Source of the DNA: an uncultured Bacteroidales bacterium
GTDB lineage: Bacteria > Bacteroidota > Bacteroidia > Bacteroidales > P3
Length of the DNA: 64,000 bases
Direction of reading: 5' to 3'
Assembly: GCA_905233475.1 (NCBI GenBank)
Contig: CAJOEN010000001.1
Coordinates: 62,413-126,412, forward strand
The position numbers and the translations under genes are program-made. Below the pieces are notes generated by a model that was not told the DNA's origin, ran no database searches, and saw nothing but the letters and a program-made list of their open reading frames with translations. This document shows positions 9,605 through 20,580 of this stretch, in pieces; positions within the stretch are counted from its first letter, which is position 1, and the number at the start of each line of letters is the position of its first letter.

Positions 9605-10453
9605 ATGAAGATACTCAAAACATTGTTTGTCCCGCTTGTCGCCACGTTCCTAATGTACGGGTGCAGTAGCAAAGATTCCAGCAAAGCCATTGCCCGAGTT
9701 TTCGACAACTATTTGTACGAAAGCGATCTACAGGGCTTAGTTCCCCTTGGCACTTCTCCCGACGACAGTGCCGCCATAGTGTCGAGCTACATACAGCAGT
9801 GGATTCAGGAAATGGTGGTTCTCGAAAAAGCAAAGAACAACATCTCCAACAATTTCGAAAAAGAGATACAAAATTACAAAAACTCACTCATTACCTACAA
9901 CTATGAGTGCCTTATACTGGAACAGCAACTCGATACCAACATTTCCGACTCCGACGTGCAAAACTACTACAACAAAAACAAACATCTTTTTACACTGAAA
10001 GACAATATTTTACGCGTGATTTACGTAAAAATGCCAATAAAATCGAAAAACAATCACAAAATACGAAAAATACTTGCCGGCAAAGAACTTTCGGACAAAA
10101 ACATAATGGAATTAGAGCAACTCACTGCAAACCAAGCCATTGCTTACAATTTCGACCCAAACATTTGGATTTCTTTCTTCGATTTTCAGCAAATTATTCC
10201 CGTAAAGACCTACAATGAGACGGCTTACTTAAAAAAGATCAAAAAAATTTACTTCACCGACAAAAAATACACCTACATCGCCAAAATCCTCGACTCCAAA
10301 GTTACCGACGATATATCGCCTATCGATATCGAATACCCAAACATCAAAAACATAATACTGAACAAACGTAAAGTGGACCTTGTCAACAACATGCGCGCCA
10401 ATCTTATAAAAAAGGCCGAAGATGACAACCAAATTGAGATTTACAAAAAATAA
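9605..10453 (+). CDS. PPIase-cluster lipoprotein (degenerate foldase)
   Basis: lipobox MYGC, IARV.DNYLY.SD start, position between two PPIase genes. Confidence 0.75.
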   Translation: MKILKTLFVPLVATFLMYGCSSKDSSKAIARVFDNYLYESDLQGLVPLGTSPDDSAAIVSSYIQQWIQEMVVLEKAKNNISNNFEKEIQNYKNSLITYNYECLILEQQLDTNISDSDVQNYYNKNKHLFTLKDNILRVIYVKMPIKSKNNHKIRKILAGKELSDKNIMELEQLTANQAIAYNFDPNIWISFFDFQQIIPVKTYNETAYLKKIKKIYFTDKKYTYIAKILDSKVTDDISPIDIEYPNIKNIILNKRKVDLVNNMRANLIKKAEDDNQIEIYKK

Positions 10454-10465
10454 AATCACACAGAT

Positions 10466-11809
10466 ATGAAAAAAACAGCCGTAATAATAGTTCTTGCAGC
10501 ACTTTCCTTGCAACTTTCTGCCCAAAACAACGGCACCGTGGTTGATCAAGTTGTGGCCGTGGTTGGAAAAAACATCATAAAACTGTCCGACGTGGAGTCG
10601 AACTACGCCCAACTACGTGTGCAGAAAGGCTACGAAAATCCTTTTGAAAACCGTTGCAACATACTCGAAAGTCTGCTAATGACCAAACTACTGTTGCACA
10701 AAGGTATGATAGACAGCGTGGAAGTTACAGAACAAATGATTGCTACCGAACTGGACTGGAGTATGAAAAACCTGCTCCGCTACTACGGCACCAAAGAAAA
10801 TCTGCTAAAGCAAACAGGCCGCAGCTACGAGGATATACGCGAGAACTACTCACAAATTATCACCGAACGCTATATCACACAGCAGGTGGAAGAGGGTATA
10901 ACCGCCAATGTAAAAATCACCCCGCGCGAGGTTCAGGAGTACTACAACGCCATACCTACAGACAGCCTACCCACTATAGACGAGGAATACGAAATGTCTG
11001 AAATAGAAATGATACCGGAAATAGGCGATACCGAGAAAGAGCGTGTTCGTCTGGAACTGAACAAGTTGCGCGAGCGTGTGCTGAAAGGCGAAAATTTCAG
11101 TATGCTTGCCACCATGTACTCCGAAGACCCGGGGTCGGCACAAAAGGGCGGAGAATTAGGATTTTTCGGACGTGGAGATATGGTGGGTGAGTTCGAAGCC
11201 GCCGCATTTGTTCTGAAACCCGGCGAAGTGTCGCCCGTCATAGAAACAAAATTCGGTTTCCACATCATACAGCTTATCGAACGTCGTGGAAACACCATCA
11301 ATGCCCGACACATACTTATGATACCCAAAGTATCCACCAACGACCTTATCGCCACACAACAAAAAATGGACAGCGTGATAACCCTCGTAAAAAACGGCAC
11401 ACTGACCTTTGAAGAGGCCGCACGGCAATACTCGTCGAGCGCCACCAAGTCGCTGGGAGGCGTAGTGTCAAATGCCACATTGGGCAACCGTTTCAGCACA
11501 GAACTTGCCAAACAACAGTTCCCCGAAATAGACATAACAAAATACAACGAAGGGGACATAACTCCCATTCAGATGTCCAGAAACGGATCCAACCAAAACG
11601 TGTTCCGTGTGGTAAAACTGACCAAGAAGATACCTGCACACAAGGCCAACCTCACCTACGACTACGACAAACTTTACAACGCCGCCCTGCAGACTGCCAA
11701 AAACGAGAAAGTGCTTGACTGGGCATCGAAGATGATAAAAAATACTTACATCAAAATAAACGACGATTTCAAGGACTGTCCTTTCAAACTTAACTGGATA
11801 AACAAATAA
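10466..11809 (+). CDS. surA: SurA-like periplasmic chaperone/PPIase
   Basis: [15 protein letters not shown]-domain; [31 protein letters not shown]. Confidence 0.88.
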   Translation: MKKTAVIIVLAALSLQLSAQNNGTVVDQVVAVVGKNIIKLSDVESNYAQLRVQKGYENPFENRCNILESLLMTKLLLHKGMIDSVEVTEQMIATELDWSMKNLLRYYGTKENLLKQTGRSYEDIRENYSQIITERYITQQVEEGITANVKITPREVQEYYNAIPTDSLPTIDEEYEMSEIEMIPEIGDTEKERVRLELNKLRERVLKGENFSMLATMYSEDPGSAQKGGELGFFGRGDMVGEFEAAAFVLKPGEVSPVIETKFGFHIIQLIERRGNTINARHILMIPKVSTNDLIATQQKMDSVITLVKNGTLTFEEAARQYSSSATKSLGGVVSNATLGNRFSTELAKQQFPEIDITKYNEGDITPIQMSRNGSNQNVFRVVKLTKKIPAHKANLTYDYDKLYNAALQTAKNEKVLDWASKMIKNTYIKINDDFKDCPFKLNWINK

Positions 11810-11821
11810 AAACTCTCTGCA

Positions 11822-12784
11822 ATGTCCGACACCGAACTGCTCAAAACCCTTTCCGACAAGTATCTGCAATTAAAATCGGAGATACGCAAGGTCATCGTGG
11901 GACAGGACAAAGTCCTCGACAGCCTGCTTCTATCGGTTTTCTCCGGCGGACACTGTCTCATAGTGGGAGTCCCCGGTTTGGCAAAAACACTTATGGTGAA
12001 CACCCTGTCCAAAGCCTTAGGTCTGAAATACAGCCGCATACAGTTCACCCCCGACCTCATGCCGTCAGACATACTCGGCTCCGAGATCTTGGACAAAAAT
12101 CGCGACTTCCAGTTCCTGAAAGGTCCAGTGTTTGCCAATATCATCCTTGCCGATGAAATAAACCGCACACCCCCAAAGACACAGTCTGCATTGCTCGAAG
12201 CCATGCAGGAAAAAGCCGTTACCGTTGCTGGGAAAACCTATCGTCTCGACGCTCCATTTTTTGTGCTTGCCACACAAAACCCTATAGAACAGGAAGGTAC
12301 CTATCCACTACCAGAAGCGCAACTCGACCGCTTTATGCTCAACATAAAACTCGACTACCCTTCGTTTGAAGAGGAGATGGACATAGTTAAATCCACTACA
12401 GTAGCAAATACCGAAGAAATAAACGTCGTACTTTCGGCAAATGAAATAATTGATTTTCAAAACGTTATTTACAAAATTCCCGTCCCCGACAATGTTTACC
12501 GCCATGCCGTAAGTGTTGTGGCCAAAACACGCGTAGGAACCGACAGTGCAAGTCCTTTAGCCTCCAAATACCTTACTTGGGGTGCAGGACCGCGTGCTTC
12601 GCAATACCTTATAATCGGGGCAAAAACCCATGCCGCATTGCACGGAAAATTCTCGCCCGACATTGAGGACGTGAACGCCGTAACCCTCGAAGTACTAAGA
12701 CACAGGGTAGTGAAAAACTACTACGCTGAAGCCGAAGGCATAACCACTGATATGATAATAAACGAAATCGTAAACGAAAAATAA
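11822..12784 (+). CDS. MoxR-family AAA+ ATPase
   Basis: GVPGLAKT, RIQFTPDLMPSDI, LADEINRTPPKTQSALLEAMQE, ATQNPIEQEGTYPLPEAQLDRF. Confidence 0.93.
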   Translation: MSDTELLKTLSDKYLQLKSEIRKVIVGQDKVLDSLLLSVFSGGHCLIVGVPGLAKTLMVNTLSKALGLKYSRIQFTPDLMPSDILGSEILDKNRDFQFLKGPVFANIILADEINRTPPKTQSALLEAMQEKAVTVAGKTYRLDAPFFVLATQNPIEQEGTYPLPEAQLDRFMLNIKLDYPSFEEEMDIVKSTTVANTEEINVVLSANEIIDFQNVIYKIPVPDNVYRHAVSVVAKTRVGTDSASPLASKYLTWGAGPRASQYLIIGAKTHAALHGKFSPDIEDVNAVTLEVLRHRVVKNYYAEAEGITTDMIINEIVNEK

Positions 12785-12794
12785 CCCATTCCCA

Positions 12795-14084
12795 ATGAAA
12801 AAACTGCTGATATTTTTGATGATGTGTTCGGTTCTGACCATACAAGCCACGGCACAGAGCTATATATACACCCCTCCGGTGAAAAAGCAGAAGAACACCG
12901 GCAAACAGAAAAAACAGGAGCCGGCAATTCCATTCCCCGAACAGTTAAATCTGCTCGTCGATTTTACCGACAGCTCCGAAAATTATACTCTCGAGACCCT
13001 CGACCTGCTCGATTCGGTGTATCGGATTCTTTTAGACAAAACCAATCCTCGTTTGTACGCAATAGCAATAGAAGGCTTCGGCGGCGACAACGACGACTCG
13101 CTCACTTTCCACAGAGTAAACAACGTGTACAATTATTTCCTATCGCGCGCAAAAAGCCCATTCATTGTGCGTATCACTTCCAACAAGATAAAGAGCTCCT
13201 GCTCCGGCGAAGGCGAGGAACTTATAAAATACGAAGTCCCCGTAGACCGTAAGTACTACAAAATGTCTGAGCTTCCGCAAAGCCGACACACTTTCAACCA
13301 AACTCCCCTCAACGGCAAAGTACTGATGACTCTCAAAAACAACCCTGAGGCATGTATTGGTGGTTTCGCCGATTGCCAAGTGCCTTCGCGCGACTCGTTA
13401 GTGCGCGGATACTATTCTTCCGTACTTATCACCAAAGGCTCCATGTTGCGTATCAACAACACTCGCGACAAATGCCCCGACGACCTTGAGTTCTCCATCG
13501 AAGAACATCTCAACTACAAAGAAGTACTCGAACGCTATTTCCTAATCCCGCACAAAAAACACCTGCTTATTCAGGTGGGATACGTGGTGCTGAAAAGCAA
13601 CTACAAACGCGATACCGGCGAATGCATCTCCGAAATGCCCGACTCCATTTTTGTGCGTTTCCCGATAACGCAAGAGCAATGGCAGAACAAAATCCGTATA
13701 TTCGGCAAGAAATACACCGAAAAGGGTGTCGAATACAAAAGTCTGACAACCAAAAAGATGGCTTCAAAAGTAAGCACCGCCGTACAAGCTGGTATCAACG
13801 TTACACAATTAGACACAATTTTTCTTGGCAAACGCATTCAGCCCGACGAAATCGACAACTATTTCTATCAGATAAAAACCAATGTGGAGGAAGGCTCATT
13901 CGAATACAATGGTAAGTACTACAAGGCTTTCAAGGTAAACAAAAACGGCGACTACGAAATGAAAAGTGCCTTGCAACAGTTGTTCCGTATCGAACTTGAG
14001 GAGGAAGACCCCATAGACACTGACGACGGCAAAAAGAAAAATAAGAAAAACAAAAAATACGCCGACGACGAAGAAATTGAATAA
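12795..14084 (+). CDS. exported hypothetical protein, possibly with a degenerate OmpA-like N-terminal region
   Basis: signal peptide; 429-aa ORF in operon; IAIEGF...RVNNVYNYF loosely OmpA-like. Confidence 0.7.
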   Translation: MKKLLIFLMMCSVLTIQATAQSYIYTPPVKKQKNTGKQKKQEPAIPFPEQLNLLVDFTDSSENYTLETLDLLDSVYRILLDKTNPRLYAIAIEGFGGDNDDSLTFHRVNNVYNYFLSRAKSPFIVRITSNKIKSSCSGEGEELIKYEVPVDRKYYKMSELPQSRHTFNQTPLNGKVLMTLKNNPEACIGGFADCQVPSRDSLVRGYYSSVLITKGSMLRINNTRDKCPDDLEFSIEEHLNYKEVLERYFLIPHKKHLLIQVGYVVLKSNYKRDTGECISEMPDSIFVRFPITQEQWQNKIRIFGKKYTEKGVEYKSLTTKKMASKVSTAVQAGINVTQLDTIFLGKRIQPDEIDNYFYQIKTNVEEGSFEYNGKYYKAFKVNKNGDYEMKSALQQLFRIELEEEDPIDTDDGKKKNKKNKKYADDEEIE

Positions 14085-14109
14085 CAGCATTTTCCAGCAC
14101 TAAAATATT

Positions 14110-14928
14110 ATGGCATATCTTGAATCGGACGTAACAAAAGTTACCACCCACGTGCTCCAGAACATGAAGCAGTGCGGACAGAAAATAGCCATGCTCACAG
14201 CCTACGACTACTCTATGGCTAGCCTCCTGGACAGCACAAAAATAGACATCGTCCTTGTAGGCGACTCCGCCGCCAACGTAATGGCGGGATACAAAACCAC
14301 CCTGCCCATAACCCTCGACGAGATGATTTATCACGGAGCCTCCGTTGTACGTGCCATCTCCCGCGCCCTCGTTGTAGTAGATTTGCCTTTCGGAACCTAT
14401 CAAGGCAACTCCAAAATGGCCCTGCAGTCGGCCATACGCATAATGAAAGAGACCGGCGCCGACGCCGTGAAACTCGAAGGCGGTGCAGAGATTCTCGAAT
14501 CGGTTAACCGTATCCTCTCCGCAGGGATACCCATTATGGGACACCTCGGACTCACACCGCAGTCCATCAACAAATTCGGCACCTACGCCGTAAGAGCCAC
14601 CGACGAGGAAGAGGCCAACCGTCTGATGGAGGACGCACGTGTGCTTCAGGAGGCCGGTTGTTTTGCCATAGTGCTGGAGAAAATACCTGCCTCTCTCGCC
14701 GCCAAGGTAACTTCCGAACTGAAAATACCAACCATCGGTATCGGTGCCGGCTCACAAGTGGACGGACAGGTGCTGGTACTACACGACATGCTGGGCATCA
14801 CTCAACAGTTTTCGCCGCGTTTCCTGCGTCGCTATCATTCCATCGGCGAAGAAATATCGCATGCAGTAACGCAATATATCAACGACGTTAAAAGTTGCGA
14901 TTTCCCCAACGAGAAAGAGCAGTACTAA
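14110..14928 (+). CDS. panB: 3-methyl-2-oxobutanoate hydroxymethyltransferase
   Basis: [44 protein letters not shown]. Confidence 0.96.
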   Translation: MAYLESDVTKVTTHVLQNMKQCGQKIAMLTAYDYSMASLLDSTKIDIVLVGDSAANVMAGYKTTLPITLDEMIYHGASVVRAISRALVVVDLPFGTYQGNSKMALQSAIRIMKETGADAVKLEGGAEILESVNRILSAGIPIMGHLGLTPQSINKFGTYAVRATDEEEANRLMEDARVLQEAGCFAIVLEKIPASLAAKVTSELKIPTIGIGAGSQVDGQVLVLHDMLGITQQFSPRFLRRYHSIGEEISHAVTQYINDVKSCDFPNEKEQY

Positions 14929-14946
14929 ACCACATATTTCCAAAAC

Positions 14947-14981
14947 AAAAAAACGGAAGCCCGATGGACTTCCGTTTTTTT
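14947..14981. terminator. bidirectional intrinsic terminator
   Basis: AAAAAACGGAAG...CTTCCGTTTTTT between panB and kbl. Confidence 0.85.
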
Positions 14982-14998
14982 GTAATATAAGACAAGGC

Positions 14999-16180
14999 TT
15001 AGCCTTCGATTTCCTTGCGTACTTTCTTGAAAGCCTCGATACATTTGTCGAGATGTTCACGCTCGTGAGCGGCGGAAATCTGCACACGGATACGTGCCTG
15101 TCCTTTGGGAACAACAGGATAGTAGAAACCTGTAACGAAGATACCCTCTTCCTGCATTTTGGCGGCGTATTTCTGCGATTTGGCAGCGTCGTAAATCATC
15201 ACTGCGCAGATAGCCGATTCCGAAGGCAGACAGTCGAAGTTCTCTTCTTTCATGCGACGGAGGAAGTAGTCGGTGTTTTCGTGCAGTTTGTCCTGCAGGG
15301 CGTTGGTCTCGGTCATCATGTCGAACATGCGAATGCCGGCGCCAACGAGTCCCGGTGCCAAGGAGTTGGAGAACAGGTAAGGACGCGAACGCTGACGCAG
15401 CATGTCGATGATTTCCTTTTTACCTGTGGTGAAACCGCCAACACCACCGCCGAAGGCTTTGCCGAGGGTTCCGGTAAGTATCTCTATCTGACCGCGCAGG
15501 TTGTAACGTTCTGTTACACCACGACCGGTTTTGCCAACCACGCCGGCGCTATGGCTTTCGTCAACCATAACCATGGCGTCGTATTTCTTGGCAAGCTCGT
15601 ATATTTTGTCGAGAGGACAAACATTGCCGTCCATCGAGAACACACCGTCGGTAGCTATCAGGCGGAAACGGCATTTCTGAGCCTCTTGCAGTTTGGCTTC
15701 GAGGTCGGCCATATCGGCGTTGGCATAGCGGAAACGCTGGGCTTTGCACAGACGCACGCCGTCGATGATGGAAGCGTGGTTCAACGAGTCGCTGATGATA
15801 GCGTCCTCTTCGGTGAGCAGGGGTTCGAAAACACCGCCGTTGGCGTCGAAGCAAGCAGCGTAGAGGATGGTGTCCTCAGTACCGAAGAAATCGGCGATTT
15901 TCTTTTCAAGCTGTTTGTGGAGGTCCTGACAACCGCAGATGAAACGTACCGAAGCCATACCGAAACCACGGGCGTCCATAGCGTCTTTGGCAGCCTTGAT
16001 AAGTTCGGGATTGTCGGCAAGACCAAGATAGTTGTTGGCACAGAAATTGAGGCATTTCTTGCCTTTTACAAGAATTTCAGCTCCCTGCGGAGATTCTATA
16101 ATACGTTCGTTTTTGTACAAGCCGGCAGCTTCTATGTCCGCCAACTCTTTCTGAAGATGTTTTTGAAATTTATCGTACAT
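14999..16180 (-). CDS. kbl: glycine C-acetyltransferase (2-amino-3-ketobutyrate CoA ligase)
   Basis: NFCANNYLGL, GMASVRFICG, DGVFSMDG, TGTLGKA, LRQRSRPYLFSN, ARIRVQISAAH. Confidence 0.96.
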   Translation of the reverse strand: MYDKFQKHLQKELADIEAAGLYKNERIIESPQGAEILVKGKKCLNFCANNYLGLADNPELIKAAKDAMDARGFGMASVRFICGCQDLHKQLEKKIADFFGTEDTILYAACFDANGGVFEPLLTEEDAIISDSLNHASIIDGVRLCKAQRFRYANADMADLEAKLQEAQKCRFRLIATDGVFSMDGNVCPLDKIYELAKKYDAMVMVDESHSAGVVGKTGRGVTERYNLRGQIEILTGTLGKAFGGGVGGFTTGKKEIIDMLRQRSRPYLFSNSLAPGLVGAGIRMFDMMTETNALQDKLHENTDYFLRRMKEENFDCLPSESAICAVMIYDAAKSQKYAAKMQEEGIFVTGFYYPVVPKGQARIRVQISAAHEREHLDKCIEAFKKVRKEIEG

Positions 16181-16286
16181 ATTATCAATATTTTATAATG
16201 ATTATACTTCTTCTTTATCCAAAAACAAAGGTACAATTTTTTTTTGTTTATGCAAACTGTCGGGTGATGTTTTTTTGGAACTCCGT

Positions 16287-16407
16287 GAAAAATCCCCCAA
16301 ATACAGGAATGAAAAATCCCCCAAATACAGGAATGAAAATCCCCCAAATACAGGAATGAAAATCCCCCAAATACAGGAATAAAAATCCCCCAAATACAGG
16401 AATGAAA
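16287..16407. repeat. tandem array of 5 x 23-24 bp direct repeats, core AAAATCCCCCAAATACAGGAAT
   Basis: units start at 16287, 16311, 16335, 16358, 16381; no spacers. Confidence 0.95.
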
Positions 16408-16416
16408 TAAATTAAT

Positions 16417-16448
16417 TTTGTGTATATCAATATTTTTTCGTATTTTTG
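16417..16448 (+). promoter_or_regulatory. -33 (TTTG) / -7 (TATTTTTG) promoter of the ATPase gene
   Basis: TTTG 16417-16420, 20-nt spacer, TAnnTTTG 16441-16448. Confidence 0.7.
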
Positions 16449-16484
16449 CAAAATCAAAAAAAAGACATAAAAAAACGCATAAAA

Positions 16485-17759
16485 ATGGGAGATTATAAGG
16501 AACGAATTTTCGACCAGTTGCTCATACAAAAACTGGAAGGCATGGGTGCGGTATTGGTTGAAGGCCCAAAATGGTGCGGGAAGACCACCACAGCCGAACA
16601 TCAGGCCGCAAGTGTGCTATATATGAACGAGCCTAAACGCCACAAACGCAACCTGCAACTTGCCGACCAAGACCCTCAAGCCTTGCTGCAAGGAGCCACA
16701 CCGCGACTTATCGACGAATGGCAGGAAGCACCCAAACTCTGGGACACCATACGTTTCGAGGTGGATCACCGACAAAAGGACGGGCAATTCATCCTCACAG
16801 GCTCCGCTGTGCCAGCCGACATGAGCGAAGTGCACCACACCGGCATTGGACGCATAGCACGTATGCAAATGCGCACCATGAGTTTGTGGGAATCGGGCGA
16901 CTCTACGGGCAGTATCAGTCTGGTGTCGCTGTTTGCAGGCTCCGCTGGCAATGTAGCCACTATGGACAAGACTTTGCAGGAGGTAGCCTTTCTCATTTGC
17001 CGAGGAGGCTGGCCAAGGGCAGTTCTGCAAAAGCCTTCCATAGCTCTCGAACGTGCCTACGACTACCTTAACGCAATAGTAAACCTCGACATATCGCGTG
17101 TTGATGGCGTTTCTCGCGACCCACAACGCACAATGCGCCTCATGCGTTCCTACTCTCGTTTCCAAGGCGGACAAGTACCCATCGCCAAAATACGTGAGGA
17201 TGTGATAGCCAACGGCGACAGCTCTTTCGATGAAAAAACGATATTCTCTTATCTCAACGCCCTGAAAATGATGTTCGTTATAGAGGATATGCCGTCGTGG
17301 AACCCCAACCTGCGTTCCAAAGCCGCGATACGCACCACCGAAACACGCTATTTCACCGACCCGTCCATTGCCGCCGCCGCTCTCGGCCTCGGGCCAAAGG
17401 ATTTGATGAACGATTTGGAAACCTACGGCCTGCTATTTGAGGCCATGTGCGTAAGAGACCTCCGAATTTATGCACAAGCCATAAATGGTCTCGTGTACCA
17501 TTACCGCGATTCCGACGGTCTCGAATGCGACGCCGTTATACACTTGCGCAACGGCGACTACGGACTTGTAGAAATTAAACTCGGCGGCGACCGCCTTATT
17601 GAAGCGGGTGCCAAAACTCTGCATAAACTGCACAAGAAAATCGACACCGACAAAATGAAAGAGCCCTCGTTTCTTATGGTTTTAGTGGCCAACGGCGATT
17701 TCGCCTACAAACGCCCCGACGGAGTGTGGGTTGTCCCAATCGGAAGCCTGAAGCCGTAA
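16485..17759 (+). CDS. AAA_14 / DUF4143-type ATP-binding protein with C-terminal PD-(D/E)XK-like motif
   Basis: Walker A GPKWCGKT, Walker B LIDEWQ, FILTGS, HTGIGRI, RYFTDPS, YHYRD...ECDAV...LVEIK. Confidence 0.9.
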   Translation: MGDYKERIFDQLLIQKLEGMGAVLVEGPKWCGKTTTAEHQAASVLYMNEPKRHKRNLQLADQDPQALLQGATPRLIDEWQEAPKLWDTIRFEVDHRQKDGQFILTGSAVPADMSEVHHTGIGRIARMQMRTMSLWESGDSTGSISLVSLFAGSAGNVATMDKTLQEVAFLICRGGWPRAVLQKPSIALERAYDYLNAIVNLDISRVDGVSRDPQRTMRLMRSYSRFQGGQVPIAKIREDVIANGDSSFDEKTIFSYLNALKMMFVIEDMPSWNPNLRSKAAIRTTETRYFTDPSIAAAALGLGPKDLMNDLETYGLLFEAMCVRDLRIYAQAINGLVYHYRDSDGLECDAVIHLRNGDYGLVEIKLGGDRLIEAGAKTLHKLHKKIDTDKMKEPSFLMVLVANGDFAYKRPDGVWVVPIGSLKP

Positions 17760-17843
17760 TTTTTTCGAACTTTTTGCCGTATCACTTATATTTCGTACTT
17801 TTGCCAATCATTAATTATACCAATGTTTTAAATACCAAACAAG

Positions 17844-18569
17844 ATGAAAAAAATCACAGCCATTTTAATCATTGCCCTTGCAACAATAAGCTTCGGGGCA
17901 CAGTTACCACTTAGCAACACCGAGTTTTCTTTTTTATCAAACATACAACAAGGCACAAAAGCTTACGCCGAAGTCCACCGCACCGCTACTACCGCCAAAG
18001 GCTTTGGAGACAGTCATTCTAAGAAAAAAACAAAGGGTTTATCCATAAGGGAACTTGCCGACAATCCTAACTATGCCAGCACTTGTGTGGTGAAAGACAG
18101 CGTGCGGAACAAAAAGAATTGCTTTGTAGTCATCTCTAAAAAGACATTGAAACTTTTCGTTTACGAAACTGTTGGTACGGACACATTACTCGTGGCAAAA
18201 TATCCCGTTTGTGTGGGCAAAAACATGGGACAGAAACAGAAGAAAGGAGATATGCGCACCCCCGAATCATCTTTCGCTCAGCCATTTACCGTTGTATCCA
18301 TACAACCTGCTTCGGCGTGGCACCACGATTTCAAAGACGGACGCGGTAGCATTTTGGCTTATGGAAATTGGTTTATACGACTGAAAACACCCGGTTTTTC
18401 CGGAATAGGAATACACGGAAGTACCAACAACGAAAACTCGGTGCCCGGAAGAGCCAGCGAAGGTTGCATACGGTTAAGGGACAGCGATTTGGATGTATTT
18501 AAAGAAAAATTTGCCTTTGTCGGCATGAAGGTTGTAATTCTGCCCGATGTACAGCAACCAACAAAATAG
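17844..18569 (+). CDS. L,D-transpeptidase (YkuD family)
   Basis: signal peptide; K...GD.RTPE, GIGIHGS...GRASEGCIRL catalytic His/Cys motif. Confidence 0.9.
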   Translation: MKKITAILIIALATISFGAQLPLSNTEFSFLSNIQQGTKAYAEVHRTATTAKGFGDSHSKKKTKGLSIRELADNPNYASTCVVKDSVRNKKNCFVVISKKTLKLFVYETVGTDTLLVAKYPVCVGKNMGQKQKKGDMRTPESSFAQPFTVVSIQPASAWHHDFKDGRGSILAYGNWFIRLKTPGFSGIGIHGSTNNENSVPGRASEGCIRLRDSDLDVFKEKFAFVGMKVVILPDVQQPTK

Positions 18570-18672
18570 GCAACACAGCCCAACTCCCCAACTCTTTTTC
18601 TCTTCAAATAAAGTGAAAACGTGGAGTTTGCATTTTTTTCGTAACTTTGCAACCATAAAAACATCTCTGAAT

Positions 18673-19980
18673 ATGAAAAACGACACAATTCCAAGCCATT
18701 GCCACAAACATGCCCTGTTTACATTGTTTTTTGTAACTTTCGTTATGATTTGTTTTTCTGCAAAAGCACAGCTGCCACCCAAAGAACAACGCGACTCCTT
18801 ATTCCATGTCGAAATGCTGGAAAAAATGGAAAAAGCGAAAACTCCGCTGGATAGAGCAAGGCTATATTATCAGGATTTCATTTACGCGAACTACGGTATA
18901 GACTACCCATACCTCTATTCAGACGATTATTATTCTGGAGTACACCGCACACCCACTTTCCCAAACGGAGCCGACAGTGCGCTTGTCCTTCTGCGACAGC
19001 TGTACGACGAAGACGAGAACCAATTTATGTATTACCCCATCTGCCAACTCGAGCATTATTTGTGCAAACCTCACTACCCCGCCATTAAACAGCCCGACAC
19101 TACAGATTTCTATATTCCGTTGCGAAGCGGCTCCTCCGCAGACCTTGGCAAAGGTTGGCAAAGTAACTACACCCAGCATCTGCTTACAAGGGCAAATTGG
19201 GCTTTGTCGCACTGCTACTGGTACACAAAAATATTCAAGGCTGCTAACGAGCCAAGCATTTGGATTGAGAGCAAGAAAAATCCGCAATTCACTGCGTTAC
19301 GAATAACAATTAGTCATTTGCCAGGCACCAGTTTCACTATGTATAGAGTGGATATGCGCAAAGGCAAACCATACGCAATACGCAAAGAAGGGTATCATTA
19401 TTTCCACACCAATACAATGTCATATACACCGATTTTCACAGATTCAACAACCATAAGGTTGTCAAGCGGCAGATGGGAAAAAATTCAGAGTATTCTAGAA
19501 AAATTCGACACCCTTGACTGGTACAACGAGGGAATAACTATCGACGGCCACAGGAATTTCTGCGAATACGCCCACGACGGCAACTACCACAGCTACTACT
19601 CTTGCGGAGACCGCACAACTGACTCCGTAGCCAAATATCTATACAGCTTCTTTAAAAAGCCTAACACTGTTTCCGTTCGCGGTGAAGTTTGCGCAATGGC
19701 TTATGACAAAATGTTCGGGAACATCCGCAACCGCCTCGATTCGGTGGAAGTAAGAGCTAACAAAAGGTTCTCTGTCAAGTGCGTGGCCAAGACATCAACC
19801 GCAAACTTCAAAAATAACATCTTTCGTCTTGAATTGCCTGTGGGAAACTATCGTTTGTCTTTCAAATGCCCCGGATACAAGAATGAAACTATAAAGAACA
19901 TATCTATCACCGGGGACACTTTGGTGAATGTTATGATGACTCCCAAAAATCTGGAGGCCATCTCTGTAAACGACAACTAA
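18673..19980 (+). CDS. exported hypothetical protein with C-terminal carboxypeptidase-regulatory-like beta domain
   Basis: signal peptide after ATG 18673; C-terminal LPVGNYRLSFKCPGY...I.I. Confidence 0.65.
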   Translation: MKNDTIPSHCHKHALFTLFFVTFVMICFSAKAQLPPKEQRDSLFHVEMLEKMEKAKTPLDRARLYYQDFIYANYGIDYPYLYSDDYYSGVHRTPTFPNGADSALVLLRQLYDEDENQFMYYPICQLEHYLCKPHYPAIKQPDTTDFYIPLRSGSSADLGKGWQSNYTQHLLTRANWALSHCYWYTKIFKAANEPSIWIESKKNPQFTALRITISHLPGTSFTMYRVDMRKGKPYAIRKEGYHYFHTNTMSYTPIFTDSTTIRLSSGRWEKIQSILEKFDTLDWYNEGITIDGHRNFCEYAHDGNYHSYYSCGDRTTDSVAKYLYSFFKKPNTVSVRGEVCAMAYDKMFGNIRNRLDSVEVRANKRFSVKCVAKTSTANFKNNIFRLELPVGNYRLSFKCPGYKNETIKNISITGDTLVNVMMTPKNLEAISVNDN

Positions 19981-20483
19981 ACTTCTTCGGCAGAAGACTC
20001 CTCTTTGGGATTTTCGCCCCATTTGTTGCTACCAACCTGAGAATCAGTACACATCCACACCAAACTGATGATGCAGATTGCAAGAGCCAACAAAAAAAAC
20101 ACTATCAACCAAAGACCTAACAAATCCTCGAACACGCCGGCAACATTTACAATCACAGTCCCTAAATACATAAACAACAACCACCAGCCGGAACGGCCTA
20201 TGTCGTGCAAACGGCGTACCATAACGGCAAGACTCGGCACCAGCACAACCAAACTGTAAATAATGTAAAGCCACAACCACGGACTGGAAAGCATAATCAA
20301 ATAAAACTCCATCACGTCGATGGATGGGTACGATAATGCGGCTTTAACCGAGGTAACCACCCACGGAATTATCAACGCAAGGCAGATAATAAAGTTTATC
20401 AATACAAAATACCAATACTCTTTTCTACGTGCACGCCCGCTGAAATCGGCGTACTGCTTGAAACATTTCAAAAACCATTTCAT
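19977..20483 (-). CDS. DUF805 (YhaH-family) inner membrane protein
   Basis: YADFSGRARRKEYWYF, PSLAV.VRRLHDIGRSGWW, G.NKWGENP. Confidence 0.93.
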   Translation of the reverse strand: MKWFLKCFKQYADFSGRARRKEYWYFVLINFIICLALIIPWVVTSVKAALSYPSIDVMEFYLIMLSSPWLWLYIIYSLVVLVPSLAVMVRRLHDIGRSGWWLLFMYLGTVIVNVAGVFEDLLGLWLIVFFLLALAICIISLVWMCTDSQVGSNKWGENPKEESSAEEV

Positions 20484-20503
20484 AACTATAATTATTTTTG
20501 TGA

Positions 20504-20580
20504 GGACTTCTGTTTTTTTGATTCGTGCCGTACAACCGAATTTGCCGAAGTCCGTTAAACAAATACCGATAATACGACAC
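20504..20580 (-). ncRNA. candidate cis-regulatory RNA (hairpin + pseudoknot) in the DUF805 5' UTR
   Basis: GUGUCGUA/UACGGCAC closes a long imperfect hairpin; loop GGACUUC complements downstream GAAGUCC; starts right after -7 box TAACTTTG (20590-20583). Confidence 0.5.

Noticed and set aside
16287..16407. CRISPR array
   Set aside because: units are contiguous with no spacers and there are no cas genes; the short ORFs overlapping it are repeat artefacts
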